Shown here: positions 30,435 through 40,565 of the stretch, piece after piece | How positions within the stretch are numbered: position 1 is the first letter of the stretch | Layout of the letters: each line of letters opens with the position of its first letter | Assembly: GCA_037442745.1 (NCBI GenBank) | Contig: JBBIPP010000008.1 | Coordinates: 8,013 to 72,012 of the forward strand | Length of the DNA: 64,000 nucleotides | Direction: 5' to 3' | From: an archaeon | GTDB taxonomy: Archaea; SpSt-1190; DYHY01 | The notes under the pieces: generated by a model | Databases searched by the model: none | Told to the model about the DNA's origin: nothing | The model's input: the letters and a program-made list of their open reading frames with translations, nothing else | Made by a program: the position numbers and the translations under genes

Positions 30435-31080
30435 TCTTCCCACTCCCCAAGATTCTTTCGCAGAGCGAGGCGACATCCCCAGCAGTTTGCGCGAAATTCT
30501 TTGCGCCAGCGCAAGAGAACGCCTCCTTGTAACGATATCCCCAAAGGACCGCAATTGAATGAACCTCTGCGCTTTTCGCGTCAAGAATGTCGCCCGAGGT
30601 GTCTCCGACATATAAACAATCCTCGGGCGAGAACCCCCCGCAGGAGAAGACTTTTCTTATTTTCTCAAGCTTCGATTTCCCTTTTTCAACCACAAATATT
30701 CCTAAGCAGTCGAGCACGCCCGCATCCAAGAGAGTCCTTCTGATGAATTCCCAGTTCGCCGCGCTCACAATGTAGAGGGAAAACCCCTTTTCAGATAATC
30801 CCCCAAGAAGCTCCACAATTCCCGGAAAAATGTAAGGGAGTTGAGTCATTTTCGCTTTGCCGAAATTCACCGAGAACTCTGAGAGCTTTCTTTTGTCCCG
30901 AAGAGAAGGGAACCTTTTCTGAAGGTTCTCATTGAAGGGGCCTGAGAAAATGGAGAGGAATTCCTCGTTTTCGGCAAGTCCGGAGCTTGCAAGAGAGGAG
31001 GAGAGGGCTGAGAGGACAACCCATTCCGTATTGGCAAGAGTCCCCCCGAAATCGAACAGAACCGCCCACTTTCCTTCCAT
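30427..31080 (-). CDS. HAD family hydrolase
   Basis: LFDFGGTL, IVS and YVGDT..D motifs. Confidence 0.85.
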   Translation of the reverse strand: MEGKWAVLFDFGGTLANTEWVVLSALSSSLASSGLAENEEFLSIFSGPFNENLQKRFPSLRDKRKLSEFSVNFGKAKMTQLPYIFPGIVELLGGLSEKGFSLYIVSAANWEFIRRTLLDAGVLDCLGIFVVEKGKSKLEKIRKVFSCGGFSPEDCLYVGDTSGDILDAKSAEVHSIAVLWGYRYKEAFSCAGAKNFAQTAGDVASLCERILGSGKNG

Positions 31081-31134
31081 TGCCGATTTTCCTCTTCCGA
31101 CCTCTTTTAAAAACCGGGGTTTCTTCCCAAAAGG

Positions 31135-31782
31135 ATGAAAATCCGGGGGGCAATATTCGACCTCGACGGAACCGTTTTCAATTCAGTCGGGACAACATCC
31201 TCCCTGCTTTCAAGGGTTCTCTCCGACTTTTTGGAGAGGCAAGTCCCACCAATCGAGGCCGTCCAGATTCTCGGGAAATCCCCTGAGGAGATTGGGGAGC
31301 ATTTCGGACTCTCCGGAGAAAAAAAGGCGCTCTTCAAGAAGACTCTTCCGGAGAGGTTCCTCGCCGAAATCAGGGGTTTCCCGCTTTTTCCGGGAACAGC
31401 TGAGACATTGGGTTTCCTCTCAGGCAAGGGGATTGCAATAGGCGCAGTCTCCGGAGCGCCCGAACGGAACATGAGGATTTTTCTCGAGCGCGCAGGGATA
31501 ATTGGAAATTTCCTCTCAATAAAATCGGCCGAGGATTTTCCCGGAGGGAAGATGTCGGGCGCACCCTTCAAATCGACCTGCGAGGAGCTTGGCGCTCTTC
31601 CGGCGGAGACAATTTGCCTCGGGGACGCCCCGATTGACGCAATTGGAGCAAGAAAAGCCGGGTGCGTTCCATTGGGCGTTCTTTCCGGGAGCGGGAAAAG
31701 GGCGGAACTCGAGGAAATTGCCGAGACAATTGATTCAATATCGGAACTTCCCAGCTATCTCCAAAGAAAAGGGCTTATTTAG
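31135..31782 (+). CDS. HAD family hydrolase
   Basis: IFDLDGT and LGDAPID motifs. Confidence 0.9.
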   Translation: MKIRGAIFDLDGTVFNSVGTTSSLLSRVLSDFLERQVPPIEAVQILGKSPEEIGEHFGLSGEKKALFKKTLPERFLAEIRGFPLFPGTAETLGFLSGKGIAIGAVSGAPERNMRIFLERAGIIGNFLSIKSAEDFPGGKMSGAPFKSTCEELGALPAETICLGDAPIDAIGARKAGCVPLGVLSGSGKRAELEEIAETIDSISELPSYLQRKGLI

Positions 31783-31807
31783 TGGATACTGCTGTTCCTC
31801 TCCCCCA

Positions 31808-32620
31808 ATGGCTGAACAAAAAGTTGTTCTGATAACCGGCGCATCTTCAGGAATCGGAAAATCCGCAGCCGAGATTTTCTCAAAGAGGGGATGGAAAGTG
31901 TATGCTGGATTCCGGAAAACAAAGGCCAAAATCCCCGGATGCAGGATGGTTTACCTCGATGTCAGAAGCCCTTACTCAATAAGGAAAGCTATTTCCCTGA
32001 TAGGAAAAAAAGAGGGGCGCCTAGACGCCCTTGTGAACAACGCAGGATACGGACTTTTCGGGGCAATTGAGGATATAAGCCAAAAGGATTTCAGGGAGCA
32101 GTTCGAGACAAACGTCTTCGGCCTTGTCGAAACAACGCGGGAAGCGCTTCCGCTTATACGGGCGAGCAGTGGAAGAATAGTGAACGTCAGCTCAGTTGTC
32201 GGGAAAATTTCATTCCCTTTCGCCGGCGCCTATTCCTCGAGCAAGTTCGCAGTCGAGGCAATATCAGACGCTCTCCGGCTGGAGATGAGGCCTTTTGGAG
32301 TGAAGGTCTCCCTAGTTGAGCCGGGACCAGTCAGGACGAATTTTTCGAAGAACGCCCTCCTGACATCCGACAAAATAATGACAAACAAAAATTCCCAATA
32401 TGCCGAGTATTACCGGAGGCGGTCTGAGCTTAACAAAAAATCCGCAGATAGAGGTCTTCTGCCAGCTTCTGTCGGAAAGGCGATTTTCGAGGCCTGCGTT
32501 TCAAAGAATCCCAAGCCAAGATATCTCGTTGCGGGGCCTGTGGGAATTGCAGTTTTCCTGAAATGGGTTCTTCCGGACAAGCTGTTCGATTCAATAATTG
32601 CGAAAATATTCCGGATGTAG
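31808..32620 (+). CDS. Short-chain dehydrogenase/reductase
   Basis: TGASSGIG, NNAG and YSSSK motifs. Confidence 0.93.
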   Translation: MAEQKVVLITGASSGIGKSAAEIFSKRGWKVYAGFRKTKAKIPGCRMVYLDVRSPYSIRKAISLIGKKEGRLDALVNNAGYGLFGAIEDISQKDFREQFETNVFGLVETTREALPLIRASSGRIVNVSSVVGKISFPFAGAYSSSKFAVEAISDALRLEMRPFGVKVSLVEPGPVRTNFSKNALLTSDKIMTNKNSQYAEYYRRRSELNKKSADRGLLPASVGKAIFEACVSKNPKPRYLVAGPVGIAVFLKWVLPDKLFDSIIAKIFRM

Positions 32621-32827
32621 GGAAATTGATACGGCGGAATTCCCGGCTTGCGAAAACGGCAATTGCCGGGTCGTCCCAAAAGTTGCCGAATCCGCAATAA
32701 AAATCGGGGCAAAAGCAGTCCGGCTTCAGAGGAGATAACTTCCCCCCTCCCCCGAGACTGCAGGAAAGGCTGCCCCCTCAACAGTTGAGGACAGGTGCAT
32801 TATGAAGGAAATGAAAAATCTCCTTGC

Positions 32828-33427
32828 CTAGCTGTTCGGCACAACTTCACAAGACCCTTCAACGCACTCGCACCTTCCAGCCCCGCAATCAAGTGGCCCG
32901 ATGCACGCAGCTGTGCATAAAACGTTGTTGTCTTTCCTGACATACATTGCGTTGACGCACTCGGCCGGATGGCACCCTCCGGCAGGAACGCAGTCCGCTG
33001 AAAATGAGCACAGCTTTACTCCCTCGAGATTAGGCTTTTCAGTCCCATCCGCCCCGGGAAATCCGGAGCACTCACCCCTATAAAGAGTCCATTCCTCGCA
33101 CACAATTCCCTCGGGAAGGGAGCACATCCCGACTTGCCCTCCGCCGTTTGGCCCCGGCTCCTCCTCGATAATTTCAAGAGTTCCGCCCAGTTTTTCGCAA
33201 TAGACTGACGCAGGGTTAGGGACGCCGGGTCTTGCTCCGGGGCAATGGGCGAACTCGCACTTTGGCGGAACCCTTCCAACCGTGCTTCCGTCAGGACAGA
33301 GCTTTGCCTCTTCAGTGCACCCTACGGGCTGAGCCAAAAAGGAGAGCTGTCTGAAAAGAAGAACCCCTGCAATAACTAGAACGAACGCAGCAACTATCAA
33401 GGAGAGTATCCTCGCTTTCTTGTCCAT
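32828..33427 (-). CDS. Membrane-anchored Cys-rich surface protein (DUF333-like)
   Basis: N-terminal TM, CTEEAKLCPDG module, NPASVYCEKLGG...CEEW, and a C-terminal 8-Cys module. Confidence 0.8.
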   Translation of the reverse strand: MDKKARILSLIVAAFVLVIAGVLLFRQLSFLAQPVGCTEEAKLCPDGSTVGRVPPKCEFAHCPGARPGVPNPASVYCEKLGGTLEIIEEEPGPNGGGQVGMCSLPEGIVCEEWTLYRGECSGFPGADGTEKPNLEGVKLCSFSADCVPAGGCHPAECVNAMYVRKDNNVLCTAACIGPLDCGAGRCECVEGSCEVVPNS

Positions 33428-33494
33428 TCGGGAGCAAAGGAGGCACTAGATATTAAACCAATTGCCCGAGACAGTCCCTTTTCAGGATCACTAA

Positions 33495-34025
33495 CTAGCC
33501 CCCGATAACAGTTTCCTTTTGGTTGACATATTCCCTGATCTGCTTTATTATCGTGCTGTTATCGAAGAACGCGAGCTTTCCGGAACATTCGTTGCAGACG
33601 AAATTGTTCTCGAACGCTTTCTCAAAAACGACCCTGACACAGCCATTCTGGCATTTGTAGAATTGATTGTTCCTCTCATGCTCCAACTGTTCCCTGAGGT
33701 TCCCTAGGGATTTTTCCTTCCTATCGCCCATGAGCTTTCCTATCCGCCCGTGCTCGAGGCGCCAAAAATAAACATGCCACCCCCTTGTCTCATCCTTCAT
33801 TTTCCGGAAGGAGACGAGCTTATTCTCATACAACCTGTAGAGAATTCTTCTGACTGCTTTCACATCCATTTTCAGGCGATCCGCGAGCCTGAACTCGTCG
33901 ACTTCCTTGTGGCGCTTCAAAAGAGTCACAATGTCAATGCTTTTCGCACCACCTAGTTCCGCAAGAAGCTCCTGCGCATAAGGGTTCTCAAATTCTTTGC
34001 CTGGTGTGTTTGTCGAGCGAACCAT
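33495..34025 (-). CDS. tfe: Transcription factor E
   Basis: VRRILYRLYE, GWHVYFW, and zinc ribbon CQNGC...CNEC. Confidence 0.9.
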   Translation of the reverse strand: MVRSTNTPGKEFENPYAQELLAELGGAKSIDIVTLLKRHKEVDEFRLADRLKMDVKAVRRILYRLYENKLVSFRKMKDETRGWHVYFWRLEHGRIGKLMGDRKEKSLGNLREQLEHERNNQFYKCQNGCVRVVFEKAFENNFVCNECSGKLAFFDNSTIIKQIREYVNQKETVIGG

Positions 34026-34168
34026 CCGTCTATTTCTCCTTTAATTCTCCCATTTTTATCCGGACACACAATGGACAAAACTGTGCGTTCCGCATTGTGT
34101 GTAAAGCTATATATTGGTTCAACTCCTTTATATATATGACTGTTTCTCTAAAAGTGGTGACATTCACA

Positions 34169-35311
34169 TCAACTGAAAAATACTGCTTTTACTATTGGAA
34201 TAAGTATGTTGAGTGCCAATAAGGGCCCGAACACCCAAAAAGCCCATTTGCTGACTGCTTTTCCTCTTTTCTCCCCAAAAAGGCGTTCCATTACTCCCGC
34301 AAAAATTCTCCCGCCATCCATTATTGGGAATGGGAACAGGTTGATTATTCCGACCCCAATATTGAGGTTAAAAACCCAGTTGAAAAGGCCGAGGAGCCAA
34401 ACAAGGATTTTTCCGAACATAGTTATTGAGACTTTTGCCTTTGTTGTGACACCTATCCTTCCACTTTCAGGAGAATCATCCCTTGGGCCAGCGACAATTT
34501 CGACAACAGTTCCGTCCGACTTTTCAATTGAGAGAGTTTCCCCCGGTTTCAGCTCCTTTGCAAGGGAAATGAACTCCTCGAGAGCTAGGACACTTTTTCC
34601 GTTAACTGAGACAAGCACATCTCCGGGGAATAGCCTTCCGAAAGCAGGGGAGTTCTCGTCAACTGAGACAATCTCAGTTCCCGCAGGAGAAATGTTTCCC
34701 CTAGCTGGAATTGAGAGTAGAAAAGCCAGGCCAATTATCAAAATTGCTGTGAGGAAATTGGCAAAGCTTCCGGCAGCGAAAATCCGAAGGCGCGTCCGAA
34801 GAGGAGTTTTCGAGAGCTTCTTTTCGTCAATTTCAACTCCAGCCGCAGGTATGAAGAGGAGAAGTGCCAAGGCAATTGATTTCGGCCTTACCCCGTGGCT
34901 TGATGCGACAATTGCGTGCGCGAGCTCGTGGACAATTGCGAGTATTGCAATTGAAATTATTCCGTAGACAAGCGGGAGGAAGACCGGGCTACCGGGAACC
35001 CTCACTCCCGGAATTATTATTGAGACTGCCGAAGTTCCGGAAGGGGTGAGAACGTTTATCAGGCTTTTTACAAGGAAATAGACAACGAAGACCATTCCGG
35101 CGAAACCGATTACAACTCCAACGTCCGAGACCGGCCCGACAAATTTCTGCCAGTCCTTCGATTTCTTATAGACCCAGTCCCCGAGCCTCTTGCTCTTCAG
35201 GAGGAAGAGCGGGAACTGGATTTCCACATTCTTCCTGAAAACAAAGATAACCAATGCAAGTGAGATAATCCAGCCGAGGAAAACCGGGTCAATTCCAAAG
35301 GGAAGCCGCAT
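34169..35311 (-). CDS. Site-2 protease (M50) with PDZ domain
   Basis: HELAH, AAGSFAN and NLFPFPIMDGG motifs. Confidence 0.92.
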   Translation of the reverse strand: MRLPFGIDPVFLGWIISLALVIFVFRKNVEIQFPLFLLKSKRLGDWVYKKSKDWQKFVGPVSDVGVVIGFAGMVFVVYFLVKSLINVLTPSGTSAVSIIIPGVRVPGSPVFLPLVYGIISIAILAIVHELAHAIVASSHGVRPKSIALALLLFIPAAGVEIDEKKLSKTPLRTRLRIFAAGSFANFLTAILIIGLAFLLSIPARGNISPAGTEIVSVDENSPAFGRLFPGDVLVSVNGKSVLALEEFISLAKELKPGETLSIEKSDGTVVEIVAGPRDDSPESGRIGVTTKAKVSITMFGKILVWLLGLFNWVFNLNIGVGIINLFPFPIMDGGRIFAGVMERLFGEKRGKAVSKWAFWVFGPLLALNILIPIVKAVFFS

Positions 35312-35399
35312 TCTTTCCCTTTCTGAGAAATCCCTTTATAATTCCTCTGAGCGAATCGGTTCGGATTGGAAAAACGCCAGAATTAGCAGTATCTGCGCT

Positions 35400-35900
35400 T
35401 GCCGAGGACGGGGACGGGAAAATTCTTCTCAAAAATATTGAACAAATACCCAAGGAAAATGATTGAAGAGCTAAAAAATGCACCGAGAAACTTCTGCCGA
35501 CATTCACGGGGTGACAAAAAAAGCAGGCAATTCCCCATTCCAAAAATTCCCCGGAGCAATACGCTTTCCACACGGGCGATTTTGAATTGAGCCCTGTCAG
35601 GGCGGCGACCGAAGGGCTGATAACTCTGCGGGCGCCAAGGAGAAACACAGCCCTTCTCTTGAGCGGGAACGCAAACGTTGCCGATATTTTCTCAGCCCCT
35701 TGGGCAGTCTCTCCGAACGCTCCGAAAGCAAGGGCAATTCCAAATTTCTCATATTCTCCAATTGGGCCTGACTCTTCCGGAAAATAATGGAAACTCCAAA
35801 CAAAATAAGGAAGAATTCTTCCCTATTCCGAGAAAACCCTTCTTAAGCAATAATTCTTCCAACCGAAAAATAATGAACAGAATTGTTCCTTTAACCTTTT
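35400..35900 (-). pseudogene. Possible decayed DedA/VTT-like membrane gene
   Basis: Broken-frame fragments LLKKGFLGI, YEKFGIALAF, KISATFA and FLLGA; weak resemblance only. Confidence 0.25.
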
Positions 35901-35981
35901 TTTAGTGGCAAATCTTATAAATTCGGAGCAATTTCCCCAATCCAAAAAAGGAAAAAACTACGCGGGGATGAACAAAAAGAA

Positions 35982-37253
35982 ATGAAAGCGAAAAAACTGA
36001 TTGTGCCGGCCGTACTTATTCTCGGAGCTGCATTGAGCGCCTGCGGAGCGGGGGGCGCCGACGCCCCTTCAGTTGACCCAAGAACTTTCCCTGCCGGAGA
36101 CCCGGCAGCAGTAGCTCCCCAAGGTCCTGTCTCTCATGTATTCGATTGCAGTCCGCTCCAGGAGAGCTATTCCTCAATGCTCGGACAGCAGGCGGTTGCG
36201 CAGGAAACCGCATTTTTCGGGGCAACCCTCCAAGATAACATCCTCCAAATAAAGGGAATGCTTCCAAATGTGGATAATTGCGCAATCCCCGGGGACTTTT
36301 CCTCATATACTGATCTCAAGGGACCCGTAAGAGACCCTTCCTGCGTTGCTGAAAAGCTCGGGGAAATTGAGCCAATATTCTCCCAGGCGTTAAAAGGGAC
36401 AAGAACCTCTTTAGCAATCCCGTATTCGGCAGAAACAACAAACCTAACAAACGACATCAACTACTTCATGCAAGTTGCGGAAGACGCAAGAGGAATAGAC
36501 ATGTCGAAAGTTACCGAGACAATTACAGCATACAAAAACTGGCTTGCCCAAGTCAATTTGACGCAGGCGAACCTCGATTCAACGAACGCCCAGATTGCGA
36601 GCGCGCCATCCGCAATACAGCCGAAATACGACAGGGCTTTCCAGCTCTTCAACACATATTCGGGCATAAGAACCGCTTTTTCATGCGGGATACGCGAAAA
36701 CGAGTTGTGCATCAACGGAACGCAATCCGTTTTCCAATATGCCAAGGAAATAAAAGCTGAGCTAGATCCCCTTTTGATTGAGCTGTACGGAACAACTCTC
36801 CCCGACATAGGCCAAGGGCCTTTCGACTGGGGCGGAACTCCTTGGGATGGAAGGGGGCCAGACACTGGAAATGTTGCAAAATATTTCGAGAACTTCACGC
36901 CCCAGATGACCGGGGCCGAGAACAACGGAGTCTGCCTTTTTGGATGCGCTCCAGAGCTGGGACAAGGCTCCCTTTTCCAGCAGTACGACGCGCTTCTCGA
37001 TTCAGTTCCGGGACTGAAAAAACAGCTTGCGGAGCAGATGAATGAATACATTGGAGCTAGGAACAAGCTTGTCGAGGAGCTCGGACTTATGGCTTTTGCG
37101 CCCCTGAGAATGACAGTCGACCCAGTCCAGATAGAAATTATTTCCAAGGCATATTCGACGACTGCTCAGGGATATAACGATATGCTTGCGCCAATCCGGC
37201 AGAAGCTTGTCGCAAACGGGTGTGAGGTTCCAGCCATTGAGTCCGCGCCTTAG
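35982..37253 (+). CDS. Predicted lipoprotein of unknown function
   Basis: Basic N-terminus, hydrophobic stretch, LSAC lipobox; long helical segments. Confidence 0.75.
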   Translation: MKAKKLIVPAVLILGAALSACGAGGADAPSVDPRTFPAGDPAAVAPQGPVSHVFDCSPLQESYSSMLGQQAVAQETAFFGATLQDNILQIKGMLPNVDNCAIPGDFSSYTDLKGPVRDPSCVAEKLGEIEPIFSQALKGTRTSLAIPYSAETTNLTNDINYFMQVAEDARGIDMSKVTETITAYKNWLAQVNLTQANLDSTNAQIASAPSAIQPKYDRAFQLFNTYSGIRTAFSCGIRENELCINGTQSVFQYAKEIKAELDPLLIELYGTTLPDIGQGPFDWGGTPWDGRGPDTGNVAKYFENFTPQMTGAENNGVCLFGCAPELGQGSLFQQYDALLDSVPGLKKQLAEQMNEYIGARNKLVEELGLMAFAPLRMTVDPVQIEIISKAYSTTAQGYNDMLAPIRQKLVANGCEVPAIESAP

Positions 37254-37369
37254 GGCGGAAAAAGCCAACGGAGGCTGTCTTGGGAATTTCCGCCTAGCGG
37301 AAGCAATAGCAACCTAAAAACCCACGCCCTAACACATCCTTAAAAAATAGAAATCCCCCGGGAATCCGC

Positions 37370-38460
37370 ATAGAGACAATAATTAGCGAAGACGGAAAGA
37401 AACATCTGCATATTTCTCAGGAAAATTTTTCAAATGAATCCCGGCTTCAAGAGCACATATTGAAAAACCCAGAGGCATACAAATATATGAAATAGACGAA
37501 AACAGGAATGTCGCGATAATATGTAGGGAGTTTCCAACGGCTAGCTGACCGACAAATTCCCCCGGAATTGACGGAGACGGAAACCTATACATAATAGAGG
37601 CCAAACTACGGAAAAATTCCGACAGAAGGCAAGTAGTTGCGCAAATACCCGATTATGGTGCTTCCTTGACAGAACAGTCTTTTGAAGAGTTTCCCAAACT
37701 AGCCGACTCCGGAGCAAAAAAAGCTATCAGGAAAAAAGCCACCGAGTTCATATCGGGTTTTTTCTCATTCTAAGAAGAAGAGACGAAAATTCTCCCGCAA
37801 AAAGTCTCGCTAAACCTGTCTGAATGGAGCTTAAATTTCATTGTTCTGATGGACAACATAGACGCCCGGATGAAGCGCCTCGTCTCCTACATAAACAGAA
37901 AGAGCAGAACTAGCACATTCGCAGTCGAACCGGAGAACTATGGGCACGAGAAGTTTGAGATAACGATGCCAAAAATATACGGAAAAGAGTCAAAGAAAGA
38001 AGATCCGCGACTGCCTCCCGACAAAAAGTGACTCTTTGGACGAAAGAACTTTTGCCGGAAAAACTGAAAACTGCGTATGGAGAACGCGCGTATGCCGGAA
38101 CAAGCGCATTAATCAAATTGCTCAAAGAGAACGAAGTCTGGTTGTATTGGATGCGAAACCAGAGAGGCTCTTTCATACCCGTTTTTTACGGAAAAGACAG
38201 ACGAGAATTCCTTCCTTTTTCAGTAATGGGCGATTGCCCGATTGTGTGGAATGCTTGGCATCAAGAAATCGAAAAATTGCCTTTCCATTTAACAATTCAG
38301 AGAGCCAAATTGCACTGCTGAAAAAGCTAAAAGAAATACCCGAAGAATCAACAAGGCTCGACGGCAAACGAGAATCTTTCAAGACGTTTCTCGAGGAGTT
38401 ATCAAAAGAGCAAGTATTCAAAAAATTCGCAGAGGCGTTAGAATTCGTCAAAAAGAGATA
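37370..38460 (+). pseudogene. NucS-like PD-(D/E)xK endonuclease pseudogene
   Basis: ESRLQEHILKNPE, then REFPTAS*P...GIDGDGNLYIIEAKL...RRQVVAQI.DY; several stops and frameshifts. Confidence 0.7.
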
Positions 38461-38550
38461 AAATAAAAAACAAAGGAACGCACGATTTTTTGTTTCTTGA
38501 CATGTCAAGCCCAGATTGAGCTTCTTCTAAAGGAAAAGGCAATATGTTCT

Positions 38551-38563
38551 GAGCCACCAGTGG
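38551..38563 (-). repeat. 13-bp duplicate of the tRNA-Thr 3' end
   Basis: gagccaccagtgg is identical to 38639-38651. Confidence 0.75.
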
Positions 38564-38639
38564 CCGAGTCAATAATTATTTTTGAACAGACGAGGTCCGG
38601 TGGCTCTTGCCAAAACTCACTTGCCTATAGACAATCAAG

Positions 38640-38712
38640 AGCCACCAGTGGGATTTGAACCCACGGCCTGCGGTTTACGAAACCGCCGCTCTACCGGCTG
38701 AGCTATGGTGGC
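38640..38712 (-). tRNA. tRNA-Thr(CGT)
   Basis: GCCACCA/TGGTGGC acceptor stem, GCGGT-TTCGTAA-ACCGC anticodon arm, TTCAAAT T-loop. Confidence 0.95.
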
Positions 38713-38766
38713 GTCTTTTCCTCAAAGCAAAGCCGGCATATTTATCCGCTCCCGACCGAAAGGGAG

Positions 38767-38798
38767 GTCCGTGCCCACAGGCACGGATACCGGCTGAG
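38767..38798 (-). repeat. Hairpin plus 11-bp duplicate of the tRNA-Thr D-arm
   Basis: gtccgtgcccacaggcacgga followed by taccggctgag (= 38692-38702). Confidence 0.75.
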
Positions 38799-39450
38799 TC
38801 CGGGGCTGCTACCAGGATTTCGCCAATTCCTGATTGCACGGACTCGACTATTGTTGCGCGAAAAGCATTTCCTTTCAGATACACCCTTTTCGTGCAATTG
38901 TTCCGTGTTTCCCACGGATTCAGGCGTTTCTTCCAACTTTCCCCAGAGGGAAATTGACCTGAGTAGGAAGGCCATGCCTTTAAAAAAATGCCTAGCCTGT
39001 GAGCTTTACCCCGATAGGGAAGATGCCCCCTTAATATGCATAATATTGCCGGATACCTCAGTCGAGATTTGCCGGAAGGACGGCGTACCCGATTAAATTG
39101 CCTAGCGAGGGACTCCCAATAGCACTTCCCTCAGAAGCGCTTACCTTTCCGACAGAATATAACATGTTGCTGGCCACGTCTTCCTCCGCGTTCAGTTAGA
39201 GATTACACACATAAACAGCCCTAAACCAAATCAGCATTTTTTCACCTTTCGGGCAACCCCTTTCCTTTCCTTTCCTGAAAAAACGCTTCTGCCTTCGAAT
39301 AGGGACAACAACTAGCTTGAACCCGGCTCCCGCCTTAAATTTTGACTTGACAAAATTTCAATAGAGAATTCTTACAACAATATAACGGTTGCCGAGATTA
39401 ACCGGAAATAAGTACAATTTTTAAACCACTTTGCGCGAATATTCACGAAA

Positions 39451-39984
39451 ATGGACCTGCACAGCGCAACTGTTTTCACCCTTTCCCTCCTAACAGTTCT
39501 CTCAAACATCGGGCTTTTTGTCGGAGTTTCCCTCTATTTTCTCCGGAAAAAGCCAAAACCCCTAAAACCGGCTTTCGGATTTGCAAGGAAATACGCAGTA
39601 TTTCTCGCATTGACAGTGTCAATTTTCGCAACAACCGCCTCGTTTGTGCTATCCGAACTACTTGGGTTCGCTCCCTGCTCGCTTTGCATTGTCCAGAGGG
39701 CGCTAATGTATCCGATTCCAATTGTCCTCGGCCTTGCTCTGTTTTTCAGGGCAAAGCAACCAATGAACTATTCCTTGCCCTTCGCTCTTGGAGGGGCAAT
39801 TGTCTCCTTATACCACATATTCCTCCAAATCCGGGGAAGCGAGACCCCTTTCTGCGGTGCGCTATCATCCAATTGCGAGATAATCGAGTTCATTAATTTC
39901 GGATATGTGACAATTCCGGTAATGGCTCTCTCCGGATTTTTGGCAATTGCTTTTCTCTGGCTAATCTCAATTGCGAAAGAGTGA
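39451..39984 (+). CDS. dsbB: Disulfide bond formation protein B family
   Basis: PCSLCIVQR..MYP, second Cys pair, FGYVTIP. Confidence 0.88.
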   Translation: MDLHSATVFTLSLLTVLSNIGLFVGVSLYFLRKKPKPLKPAFGFARKYAVFLALTVSIFATTASFVLSELLGFAPCSLCIVQRALMYPIPIVLGLALFFRAKQPMNYSLPFALGGAIVSLYHIFLQIRGSETPFCGALSSNCEIIEFINFGYVTIPVMALSGFLAIAFLWLISIAKE

Positions 39985-40055
39985 ACCTTCTCTCATCTCC
40001 AATTTCCCCTCTCGCCAAAGCAAGTGTTTTATAGCCAGATTTCCGTTGTTACGAA

Positions 40056-40529
40056 ATGTCCGAATCCAAGAAGGAAATTGATGCAAGAATAATCCTAGAA
40101 GCCCAAGGGACTCCCAAGGAAAAGGTCGAAGAGGCCCTGAAGAAGCTTCTCGTTGCCCTGGAAGAGCAGAAAGGGGTCGGCGTTTATGAGAAAAAGTTCA
40201 TTGAAACAGAGGAAAAGGACGAGTTCTTCTCCTCCCTTTGCGATGCAGGCGCGAAATTCGACAATTTCGAGACTCTTATGTCAATTGTCCTCAATTTCGG
40301 GCCGACCGCAATTGTTCTCAATTCCCCTGACAAAATAGAGGTTTCTGCAGGAGAGGTGCAGAATATTGTCGGCGATATGACTGCTCTTCTTCACACATTG
40401 GCCCAAGAGAACGCTGTCCTGAAAATGCAGAACAGGGCAATGCTCTCCCGAATAAAGGAGGCTGGGCTATTGGATCAGGATCTTTCGCCCGAAAGCGGGA
40501 AAGGGTTTCAGCCTGTGAAGGAAAACTGA
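40056..40529 (+). CDS. Conserved archaeal hypothetical protein
   Basis: ILEAQGTPKE and FGPTAI pattern; TTTATA box upstream. Confidence 0.75.
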   Translation: MSESKKEIDARIILEAQGTPKEKVEEALKKLLVALEEQKGVGVYEKKFIETEEKDEFFSSLCDAGAKFDNFETLMSIVLNFGPTAIVLNSPDKIEVSAGEVQNIVGDMTALLHTLAQENAVLKMQNRAMLSRIKEAGLLDQDLSPESGKGFQPVKEN

Positions 40530-40565
40530 AAAACCATTATAAAGTAGTTAATCCCAAAGACTGAC

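Noticed and set aside
30435-30611. N-terminal extension of the ThiI ORF
   Set aside because: Lies inside the HAD gene in another frame and shows no THUMP similarity
32640-32740. CENGNCRVVP fragment resembling the neighbouring 8-Cys module
   Set aside because: Too short to call and has no start codon
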